Of a stretch of 60,886 nt of DNA, positions 50,936 through 60,886 are shown piece after piece. The position numbers were made by a program, and so were the translations under genes. The notes under the pieces are model-generated. The model searched no databases. It saw nothing but the letters and a program-made list of their open reading frames with translations, and had not been told where the DNA came from. Each line of letters starts with the position of its first letter. The first letter of the stretch is position 1. The stretch is from Catajapyx aquilonaris. Lineage: Eukaryota. Location of the stretch: positions 1-60,886 of the forward strand of contig KZ538576.1 of assembly GCA_000934665.2 (NCBI GenBank), written 5' to 3'.

Positions 50936-51769
50936 GCAAAAATTATCAATATCCTTAGTGTTGTTTGATATAGCGGAAATGTGTCTAGATTATTATTAAA
51001 ATATGTAACCTAATGATGCCTTTATGCACAGGTTTCATTGCGAACCCTCCATATAACGGAAGAGCTCTCGGACAGAATTCAATTGCAATTCGTTTAAAAA
51101 CTGACAATTTAACACAAAAAGTGTGATTTACATAATTTCACTCATTAACACATTTAAATATCTGTTTAAATATTAATATTATACAGTAAAAATAGATGAG
51201 TGTTGGAAAATATGCTTTTTGCTATAGCAAAACCTGCTGAACTTGTAAATTTTGTGTTTGTTTGCAAATTTACCTACGAACCTCCCTCAAAAACAGGGTT
51301 GTAATCAGCCGTAATCACCTGTAATGACGTCACTAGTGCCCGCTCTGCTTTTCATCCAGGCCAACAGTAAAAAAAAAAAGTGGTCTGCATTCTACATGCA
51401 GCCTCCGGGCCTCAAACACAAACCTCCAAAAATGGATGGGAGGTTGGGGGGGAGGACATGAAGTGGGAGGCAGGGGAGGGGGGGGGGGGNAAGGTTACCC
51501 CAAAATGTGCAAACCTTTCACATTTTCTCCTAATGCACTTGTGCGGTCGCAAACATTCCCCCCCCCTCCCCCCTCCTCCCCTCATTCCCTACGTATGTGC
51601 TGCATATATGAACTGGACACGAGCATATATTTTCACACGTGAGATATGCATTTTTGAACAAAAAATGTCATGTTTTGAACATATTGCCTCTACATACATA
51701 AATATTGACTCCTATTTCACTATAAGTTTATGTCCACTCTACACATTTAGCTATTATTTAAATGTGTAT

Positions 51770-51990
51770 ATACTTGTTATTTACATCTGTCAATATATAA
51801 CTATTATTTAAATATGTGAATATACTTATTTACATCTGTCAATATATAACTATTATTTAAATCTGTGAATATACTTATTTACATATGTCAATATATAACT
51901 ATTATTTAAATCTGTGAATATACTTATTTACATCTGTCAATATATAACTATTATTTAAATCTGTGAATATAACTAATATTTAAATCTGTG
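51770..51990. repeat. ~50-bp tandem repeat
   Basis: TATTTACATCTGTCAATATATAACTATTATTTAAATCTGTGAATATACT x4. Confidence 0.85.
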
Positions 51991-52589
51991 AGTGTAAGTA
52001 TTATTTCTTTGAAAATAACCTCTTTGATGTTTAAAATAACTATTACTTTAATATGGCTATTAATTAAATTTTAAGTCGTTTTCATTTTCATTTTAAATAG
52101 TTTTGATTTTAATTTTAAATAATTATTATGCTATTTTAAAACATTCGTGTCTTAAATAACCATTATTTCATTTCATACAAATCACTATTATTTTATTTCA
52201 TACAAATCACTATTATTTTATTTCATACGAATCACTATTGCTTTTCTTTTGCAACATTACTATTTGCCTTTGCATGATTATGCTTTATTTTACTAATGGT
52301 TATTATTTTAGCTGACAAAATAACTACTATATTTATATAACAGCTGTTATTTGCTTTATAAACTACATTATTTCACCATAATATTATGTAAGAAGTTATC
52401 AAAATATTACAAATAACTCTACTTTTCTTTTACAACATAACTGCTATTTTCCTTTACAGCATGACTGCTATTTAGCAGCATAACTCTTATTTTCTTTTAA
52501 AAAATAATTGTTTTCATATAATATCTATTATTTGCTTAATCAACTACCTGTTATTTTACCAGCTGTAAAAATATTTTTCACCATATATA

Positions 52590-52796
52590 CAGGGTGGTCA
52601 AGTTCAAGTGTCGTTTTATAACGGCGATTAATAGCAGTGATTTTGCGATGACTTAGCAGCGACGCGTAAAATGTCCCACTTCGATTGCGCCGGAGATGCG
52701 CCGAAGTGGGACATTTTACGCGTCGCTGCTAAGTCATCGCAAAATCACTGCTATTAATCGCCGTTATAAAACGACATTTGAACTTGGACCACCCTG
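52590..52796. mobile_element. Tc1/mariner-type MITE, near-perfect 207-bp hairpin
   Basis: TA|CAGGGTGGTC...GACCACCCTG|TA; ~94-bp arms and an ~18-nt loop. Confidence 0.93.
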
Positions 52797-53248
52797 TATA
52801 TTCACTACATAATAGCTGTTATTTCACTACATATTAACTACTTTTATTGTAAAAATTGGTAAGCTACCTATTCTGACACTGATCCTCGTGCTGATCCCCC
52901 TCGATAATATGATCCTCTTCATGTCCATTCATGGTCTCTTTCTGACAATATTCGCCCATTTTGAGTCCAACTCTTCCCCTAGGACATTGTCCTTTATGTG
53001 GGTCCACAGTGCTTGGACATCACGCTGCAACAATTCTCACGCTCTCTTTAGCACATAAAAATCCCTCTCATTTTTTTATTATTTTTCAAAAAAAAAACAC
53101 CAACCTATTTTTTTGAGACAGGCTTAATCAAAGGACAGAACTACGTCATGCATAACATGCTGTAAAAAAAATATGGCGCTGTCCTGCCTCTCTGTACAGT
53201 CCAATATAGATACGACCTGTACTATTCTAAATGAATACCCCCCCCCCC

Positions 53249-53505
53249 NNNNNNNNNNNNNNNNNNNNNNNNNNNNNNNNNNNNNNNNNNNNNNNNNNNN
53301 NNNNNNNNNNNNNNNNNNNNNNNNNNNNNNNNNNNNNNNNNNNNNNNNNNNNNNNNNNNNNNNNNNNNNNNNNNNNNNNNNNNNNNNNNNNNNNNNNNNN
53401 NNNNNNNNNNNNNNNNNNNNNNNNNNNNNNNNNNNNNNNNNNNNNNNNNNNNNNNNNNNNNNNNNNNNNNNNNNNNNNNNNNNNNNNNNNNNNNNNNNNN
53501 NNNNN
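53249..53505. other. Assembly gap (N run) flanked by poly-C and poly-G
   Basis: The Ns are visible; ORFs spanning the gap are artefacts. Confidence 0.99.
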
Positions 53506-54223
53506 GGGGGGGGGGGGGTTTGCAACTACTCTCATAGATGGCGCATCTGTCCAATACTGCCACTCTCAGTGTCTGGTGAGAACCTATGGTACTACTGATG
53601 ACTAGCCCTAGCTACTATCCAATATTTAGCCTTTTCCTGGCTGGTATAAGTAATGATCGGCTTGAAAAGTGTTCACAAAAAGACGTGTCCGATATACCAC
53701 CACAGGCAACTAGGGCCCTTTTTTCCCGATGATTTATTGGATCAGATCCCATAAGCATGCAAGGCCTGGTTTTTGTTCTCAAAGGGGGCTCTTCCGGGCA
53801 CGTTTCGAATTATTTCCTTCCCATTAGAGAAGCGGTTCTTACGGATTATATACGGGAGAACGTTCCTTGCTTTCACGTTTCAAGTCTGGATAATAACGGG
53901 GGCTTTTTTTAAAAATAGAAATGCTCTGAATACATACGGGCTTTATTTTAAGTTTGTTACAAAAATTGGTTGTGAATTTTTAAAATCTAGAGTTGATTAA
54001 TGTCAGGTTAGAGGCATGTTATTTCCAACACTGTGAGGACAGCAATGTCACTTCGTAGAACATGTATATAGAGTATAATTATGATTATTAAATTTCGTTT
54101 TATTGTTTTTTCATTTTTAAATTTAGTGCACTTATTATCAGTTTTGATTATTAATTTTTGTTATTTACGTATTAGTTTCTTCATTTACATTTTCTTAATA
54201 TTAATTATATTATATTATTTATA

Positions 54224-54316
54224 CCAGGGTGTTCCAGAGTCGTGGGTTACTTTTTGATAACTGCTATCGGGCTGTATCAGTTATCAAAAAGTGACCAGCG
54301 AATCTGGAACACCCGG
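54224..54316. mobile_element. Miniature Tc1/mariner-type MITE (93 bp)
   Basis: TA|CCAGGGTGTTCCAGA...TCTGGAACACCCGG|TA; internal ACTTTTTGATAACTG / CAGTTATCAAAAAGT. Confidence 0.8.
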
Positions 54317-54719
54317 TATACGTACTAGTAATTTATTCATGGTTTCATCAGGGTTTCATGGTTTATTATAAATATAAATCTTACTTTTAATTTACACCAC
54401 ATTTTATTTTATGTATTTTGTTTCATAATATTTATTAAGAATGTAATAATACGGTAACCGGCGAGTTATTTATTTATTTTATTTTTGCTCATTCATTTAT
54501 TATTATAATATTACTTAAAATATAATACAAAATATTTTACTTTTGTCTATTTATTTCCGTGATTCTGTATGATATATTTTATGATTAGCAATGTTTTTGT
54601 AGATATTTTATCGATATTATCGATTAACAATTTTTTGTTAATCGATAATCAAAATAACAAAATAACAAATATCTATAATAAACTAAAAATTCGAGAATAA
54701 AATTGAAATATAAAATTGA

Positions 54720-54915
54720 AATAATAAATAAATAAAAAGTTACCGGTAAAAAATTATATAAAAATAAATAAATAAATTATATAAAAATAAATAAATAAAT
54801 TATATAAAAATAAACAAAAAATTTATATAAAATAAATATAAACAAAAAATTTATATAAAATAAATATAAACATAAAATTGAAATAAAAAATATAAACATA
54901 AAATTGAAATAAAAG
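54720..54915. repeat. A-rich low-complexity tandem repeats
   Basis: Read directly from the sequence. Confidence 0.7.
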
Positions 54916-56123
54916 ACGATATAATTTTGATTATGATTGTGTGTGATTGCTTATTCATTTATTAGTTAATCTGACTTAAATATTATACAAGTTACTTTTT
55001 GTATTATTTTATTTCCTTGATTTATTATATTCTTTTGAATTAATATATTTATTTTTCATTATATAAAATACGAGAATAGAATATATTATGAACTTGTGTA
55101 GTAGACCTAATCAAAATAATGCTACCGTAATAATTATTGCGAGTATCACCACCCTTCCGTTTCTTAATAATTGTCGACCGTTCACTGTTACCCCCCATTG
55201 TGACGTCAGCTCCATTTTAAGGCAGCTAGATGTCCAAGTGGTTACTACGCCCCATTTGTTCGCTCCAGCAAATTGGGTAAAAAGCTTTCAAGAACTCGAA
55301 TGTCCCCATAGTCCCTTCACACTCCCTAGACAGACACGCAATTGCGGCCAATTAGAAGCCACGCAACAATGGTCCCCGACACGTGCGAATAATAAAACCT
55401 CTGCCTAAAACTAGAGGCCAGATTAGGTCCCCCCCAATGAACACATAAGTATCACTGTCAATCCTGGTTTTATGGTTAAACCACTCTTTGGGTTAAATAT
55501 TTCGTTCGCACCGTCGCCTCCCAACAATCACTATAGGGGGAGGGACATAGGGCTCATTCGGATCCGTGCATTTGGGACACTAAAAGATAGACAGATGGGC
55601 CTCTGGGCATGAACCCCCTCAGGACACTTTCTATTCAACCCATCATGATTTATTTGCCCTTCGAAGGGGGGGGGCTGAACAATGCTCCATTGTTGCGATC
55701 AATTATTTACTTGCTCCCCTTGCTACTATTTACATTTTGGTGATAAAGCTCCCCTTCAATTATTTTTTAACTTTATTAAGAGGAGGTAGGGAGACTAGGG
55801 ACGTATTCTGATGGATGGTACGCCAAAATTATTTTGGGGCGAGAAGGGGGGGGGGGGGGACCATTGTTGTCTTTTTTGGTGGAGGGTGACATGGGGACAA
55901 TAGGATGATTCGGAGGTGACAGGGGAAGGCGGCACTAATGGGGATGTAATTATCCGAGATTTGTATGAAGCGTGTGATGTGGTAGCTATTATGGGTATAA
56001 GCTGCTTATGTAAAGCAGCGATTTAATTTCACTGTAATTTTTAAATAGTCTTGAAAGGAAATGTGCACTTTTAATATAACTTACACGTGTCATTAATATT
56101 TCAAATTAATAAATCGTGAAGTT

Positions 56124-56471
56124 ATTGTTGTCAGGTCAGGTTAGGTATAGCGTTGTAAATAACAAACATGCGAAAATTTATATACAGTTTTAATAGTGGA
56201 ATATTTAAATTTATTTATAATTGTAATACGGTACTGGAATATTTTAATTTATTTGCAATTTTAATACTGGAATATTTTAATTTATTTGCAATTTTAATAC
56301 TGGAATATTAATATTTATTTACAATTTTAATACTGGAATATTAAAATTTATTTACAGTTTTAATACTGGAATATTTAATATTAATTTTAATATACTAGTT
56401 TTAAATTTGTAAATAAATTTGTGCATTTTTATTATTTACAACCCTACTTAACCTGTCCTGACCTGACAATA
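56124..56471. mobile_element. Foldback element with internal ~33-bp tandem array
   Basis: TTGTCAGGTCAGGTTAGGTA..TTGTAAATAA pairs with TTATTTACAA..TACTTAACCTGTCCTGACCTGACAA; the centre is (AATACTGGAATATTTTAATTTATTTGCAATTTT)n. Confidence 0.6.
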
Positions 56472-57635
56472 CAATTATTTTGTTTGCCTTCAGTTCATGC
56501 CTCATTTTACATTTTTAAGTAACCATTAATTTAGAGCCAAAAATTTCTCTAAAACAGAGTTTCAGAACCGTTATTGACGGGCCATAATATTGTTGTTAAC
56601 TTTAGGTCGAAACTGCCAAAATTTTGAGGCAATACAATTAACCTGGTTACAAAAGTTGTTAACTGTTATGAGCCAAAATTTTCCTAAACAACAACATAAC
56701 AGTAGTTATTGCACTTAGCTTTTTAAAAACCGGTACGTTAATTTAAAACCTCATTACCACATCAGTTTCCTTAACAGTTAACTTCTGTTCTATATTAAAT
56801 AACTTGTAGAACTGAGACGTAACAATCGCAAAATAAAATTTCGCTTCATAACAACAACAAAAAATCACCTGTCAATTAACTAACCACTAATTAATATTCA
56901 AACGAACCTTCCATTAATGTTTCAAAGGACTAAAACAGGGTGTGCTGCACTGGATAAAATAAACACTCACTATGAATTCCTAGCTCGAAAAAAAATGCCG
57001 CCTTTGAACCATTTCCAACTTCAATCATAAAGTTTTAGGGTGTAAATAGTGCATAATTTATTAGCTCCCATCAGCAATCGAACGTTTGAAAAAGAAATAG
57101 TAATAGAAAAAAAAATCGTAAAAAAAAGTACAGCACTCAAACTAATTTCATGCGTTATGAATCGTTATTTACATCGCTCCATAACCCTTCGATTCTGATT
57201 GACAAATTAATTTTTAATGCACAATAATACTGGAGCCAGCCGATTCGCCAAAAAGCTTTGGCCCAATAAAACATCAGAGCCAATCAAACTGATGAGTGGA
57301 ATTCCAATATTCAAAGCAGGTAATAAACAAGCAACTAGGTATACCGCCATTGGGTCCAAATTCGTGAAATTTTGTACATACCTGTACATATATACTGTAT
57401 ATGTGGTAACATATGTTTGTGTGTTTGTTTGTCCTAAGTAACACACAGACGTACACACAAGCAAACTTTGCCTTACGTACATGGATGCACAGGTATGTAC
57501 AAAATTTGCACATACTCTTTATATACTCTCTGTATCCTGTACATTTATGTATAATGCAGTTTGTTTGTTTGTTTGTCCGAAGTAACACCACCCCCCACAC
57601 ACATACAAATCTACTTAACCTTATACATAGATGTA

Positions 57636-57777
57636 CTAGGATGCTCAAATTGTTTTGGCCACTTTATCCTGGTCTTGAAGCCCCTTCACACACACACACC
57701 TGCTCACCGTGGGGCCTGTGCGAAGGGTTGCTTCAAGACCAGGATAAAGTGGCCAAAACCATTTTGAGCCCCATTGG
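57636..57777. mobile_element. Tc1/mariner-type MITE family A, copy 2 (142 bp)
   Basis: Shares CCACTTTATCCTGGTCTTGAAGC / GCTTCAAGACCAGGATAAAGTGGCCAAAA with 12407-12548; TA flanks. Confidence 0.82.
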
Positions 57778-57836
57778 TACAAGTATGATCTGTGCAGGCC
57801 TACATACCTGTACATCCATGCGCAGTACTACGCCCA

Positions 57837-58344
57837 ATGTACAAATTTTATGTAGAGAGTATGTAGAATTTTCTACAAACCTTTACATCATAAGGCAAAG
57901 TTTGTGTGTTTGTTTGTGTGACTGTCTGTGTTGCTTAGGACAAGCAAACAAACAAACAAACTTTCCCTTAGTGTTCCAAATATCCGGGTCACTTTTGGAT
58001 AACTGCTATCGTCCAATAGCAGTTATTTTTTTGCAGCTAGTTCAGTTGCCCCTTCTATAGCACCTGCTACATTCGCCACCCAGTGGGTCGAATATAGCAG
58101 AAGTTGTAGAATGGGGCAACTATTTCGGGGTACAACAAGCTGCAAAAAATAACCGCTATCGGGAAATAGCAGTTATCCAAAAGTGACCATGATATTTGGA
58201 ACACTAAGGGAAAGTTTGTTTGATTGTTTGTTTGTTTGTCCTAAGTAACACAGACACAGTCACACAAACAAACACACAAACTTTGCCTTATGATGTACAG
58301 GTCTGTCGAAAATTCTACATACTCTCTACATAAAATTTGTACAT
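57837..58344. mobile_element. ~510-bp composite foldback (near-perfect palindrome)
   Basis: TGTACAAATTTTATGTAGAGAGTATGTAGAATTTT...CTTTCCCTTAGTGTTCCAAATA is mirrored at 58193-58344; the core is related to the 54224 mini-MITE. Confidence 0.85.
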
Positions 58345-58959
58345 ACCTTCTACACACCCTGTACCCACCATAACAAGCAATTAAAACATCTCGCATCCAA
58401 TTATTGTCACGGCCCAATCCCCTTGCACCGATTCATATGGGGATTACACCCTATGGGACAGACCCGTCATTTATGGTTGGTCATCACTTGGTGGCTTCCC
58501 ATTGAGCTACCTCCCCCCACAAAGATACCCTGGGGGGATAGGGAAGGGAGGGGGAGGGAGGGGTAAAGTGAGGTGGAAACTACCCCTGGCTCTGAGGCGA
58601 GACACTTGCTGTCTAATTATTCCGCCACATCCCAGGATTGTAATAATTAGTCTCCGGTTACGAGGCAGTGTGCAAATTGGGATTGTTGGCCGGAGTGGGC
58701 GTCATGCATTGGGAGGTCAGTGGGAAGCAACTTGCTGGAGGCGGTCATTCAAAGCGAACCTAACTTCCCGGGATTTTTTCAGTAGTCGTCAACTTGTAAA
58801 ATGTTAGGCCACGCCTCGTACGAATATGGCCACACACCCCGAAATTATGACAAGCGTTCAAACTGTACTTAACATAATANGGGAAGCAACTTGCTGGAGG
58901 CGGTCATTCAAAGCGAACCTAACTTCCCGGGATTTTTTCAGTAGTCGTCAACTTGTAAA

Positions 58960-60385
58960 ATGTTAGGCCACGCCCCTTTCCAAATGTCTTACGAGCTTTC
59001 CAACCGAACTTGATATCATTTAACTTGACGAGCCATGTAACAATCCCCGCCCACTAAAACGTGTTAGGCCACGCCCAGTGAGATTTAGGCCACGCCCTCT
59101 TCTCCAATATTCAAGGGTAACATCCCGTTTTGTGTAAAACCCCACCCAGTGCGCCTCTTAGGCCACACCTCATGCTATTTTGGACACGCCCCTTTCCAAA
59201 TTTCTTACGAGCTTTCCTACCGAACTTGATTTATAATTTAACTTTACGAGTCATGTAACAATCCCCGCCCACTAAAACGTGTTAGGCCACGCCCAGTGAG
59301 ATTTAGGCCACGCCCTCTTCCCCAATATTCAAGGGTATCATGCCGTTTTGTGACAAACCCCACCCAGTGCGATTTTTAGGCCACGCCTCGTGCTATTTTG
59401 GACACGCCCCTTTCCAAAAAATTTTACAGGCTTTCCAAACGAACTTGATCTCATTTAACTTGACGAGTCATGTAACATACCATGCCCATTAAAACTAGTT
59501 AGACCCCGCCCAGTGAGACTGGTGAGGCCATGCCCTCTTCCCAATATTCATACGTAATATCCCGTTTTGTGACAAACCACACCCAGTGTGATTTAGGCCA
59601 CGCCCCTTTCCCCTGATTCTTACACGATTTTACAGCAGAACTTGATATAATTTAACATGAAGAGTCATGTAACATGCCCCGCCCAGTTGTTAGCCCCCGC
59701 TCAGTGCTTTTTAGACCACGCCCATTTTCCAAAATTCTTACAAGCTTCCCAAACGAACATGATTTCATTTAACTTGACGAGTCATGTAATATGCACCGCC
59801 CACTAAAACTTGTTAGTCCCGCCCAGTGCGAGTTAGGTCACGCCCGTTTTCCAAACTCCTTACAAGCTTCCCAAACGAACATGATTTCATTTAACTTGAC
59901 GAGTCATGTAACATGCCCCGCCCACTAAAACTTGTTAGTCCCCGCCCAACCGAAGCAGGTTGGCATAGTGTATAAGGCGTCCGACTGCTAATCGGGAGGT
60001 CCTGGGTTCGAATCCCGGGGCCGGCAACCTTGACCGTGGTTTTCTGTGGTTTTCCACGGTCTTTCTAGGATAATTCCGGGGTTGCTTCCGTATAATAGGT
60101 CACAGGCGCTTCCTTCCTTCCCTATCCTTGGAGGTTGAATGGCAAATGCTGGGCCAACATCCTTAAACATCAATTAATGTCCCCGCCCAGTGAGACTGGT
60201 TAGGTCACGTCCAGTACGATTTAGGTCACGCCCTCTTCCCAATATTCAAACGTAATATGCCGTTTTGTGACAATGACAAACACTACCCAGTGCGATTTTT
60301 AGGCCACGCCTAGTGCGATTTAGCCACGCCCTTTTTCCAAGATTCCAATGTAATATGCAGTTTTGTGACAAACCCCGCCCCATGA
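58960..60385. repeat. GGCCACGCCC/CCCCGCCC-rich satellite (~220-bp unit with ~120-bp subunits)
   Basis: Repeated TTTAACTTGACGAGTCATGTAACA..CCCCGCCCACTAAAAC and TTAGGCCACGCCC; interrupted by a SINE. Confidence 0.88.
59949..60178 (+). mobile_element. tRNA-derived SINE (Nin/Deu-like core), full length, inserted in a satellite
   Basis: A and B boxes present; 11-bp TSD GTCCCCGCCCA (59938-59948 and 60179-60189). Confidence 0.93.
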
Positions 60386-60573
60386 CATATTACAGTTCAA
60401 CCCTTCATGACAAAAAAAACATGGCCGCTTATCTAACGACTCGCTTTGCGAGGCGGGGGGGCTCCGCCCCCCCCACACCCCCCCTTGGGGCTGCGCCCCA
60501 ATTGGCGCGCCTTCGGCGCTACGCGTTCCCGCCCGGGCCTACCCACTTACCCAGCATCGCTAGAGAGCTGGAA

Positions 60574-60790
60574 ATAATAACCTGGAGTTCGTCGTCAACG
60601 GACTGACCTGTGAAGCATGACAAATACCAGGTCCATCACTTCAGGGCGGGCAACAATAACCTGGAGTTCGTCGTCAACGGAGTGACCAGAGGGGCATGAC
60701 AAATACCGGGATCACCACTACAGGGCTGGCAACAATAACGTGGAGTATGTCATCAACGGAGTCACCAATGTAGCATGACAAATACCACAC
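60574..60790. repeat. ~80-bp tandem repeat x3
   Basis: AATAACCTGGAGTTCGTCGTCAACGGA..GCATGACAAATACC. Confidence 0.85.
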
Positions 60791-60886
60791 CTGCAACAAT
60801 CAACCAACCTACCAACCAGCCAATCAACCAACAACAATGAGCGCGCCCCACAAGCAACAGTGCAAGTGCAGCCGGCCGCCACACAC

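Noticed and set aside
50003..51040. Possible pogo-like ends (AGTGGAACCTGTCTATAACGGA / CAGGTTTCATTG) around an AT-rich array
   Set aside because: The termini are too degraded and there is no TA TSD, so pairing of the two ends is not demonstrable.
52875..53045. Coding-looking GC-balanced island on the minus strand
   Set aside because: No frame stays open between credible splice sites and no motif was recognised.
53124..53605. ORFs spanning the N run
   Set aside because: They are open only because of the Ns.
57413..58060. 215-aa ORF
   Set aside because: It runs through a MITE and palindromic repeats and has no protein-like motifs.
58722..58974. Exact 94-bp direct duplication (58722-58815 and 58881-58974)
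   Set aside because: The second copy starts right after a single N at 58880, so this is most likely a contig-overlap assembly artefact.
59949..60025. tRNA-Ser(GCT)-like sequence (also at 21793 and 42740-42813)
   Set aside because: It has A/B boxes and an anticodon arm but no paired acceptor stem and no long Ser variable arm. It continues into a SINE body, and the copies at 59949 and 42585 have TSDs, so it is a SINE head rather than a tRNA gene.

Overview
This is eukaryotic, AT-rich, repeat-dense genomic DNA from an invertebrate. It is probably an arthropod, inferred from 55-79 bp introns, TCAGTY initiators, degenerate TTAGG tracts and a Nin/Deu-type SINE. It comes from a draft assembly with N gaps at 1584-1589, 51490, 53249-53505 and 58880. 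One complete protein-coding gene can be reconstructed by hand: a six-exon, 406-aa secreted acid-lipase-family (LIPA/gastric lipase/insect lipase 3-like) alpha/beta hydrolase at 10071-11870 (+). Its Ser-Asp-His triad is intact and it has one probable GC-AG intron. A lone signal-peptide-like first exon at 19994-20060 (+) suggests the remaining ~40 kb is the first intron of a second, large gene. The rest is MITEs (Tc1/mariner, pogo, hAT-like), Helitron pieces, three tRNA-derived SINEs, a decayed RT fragment, foldback palindromes and many micro- and minisatellites. Almost all other ORFs in the track are spurious. I see no prokaryotic-type system (no CRISPR array, operon or retron). The most unusual signals are a TG..CA element in a microsatellite flanked by a 56-bp direct duplication, TA-filler-TA excision footprints readable against repeat consensus, palindrome-bounded inversions inside tandem arrays, and CTCF-like motifs carried on MITEs. 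All coordinates were read by eye and no database searches were run.
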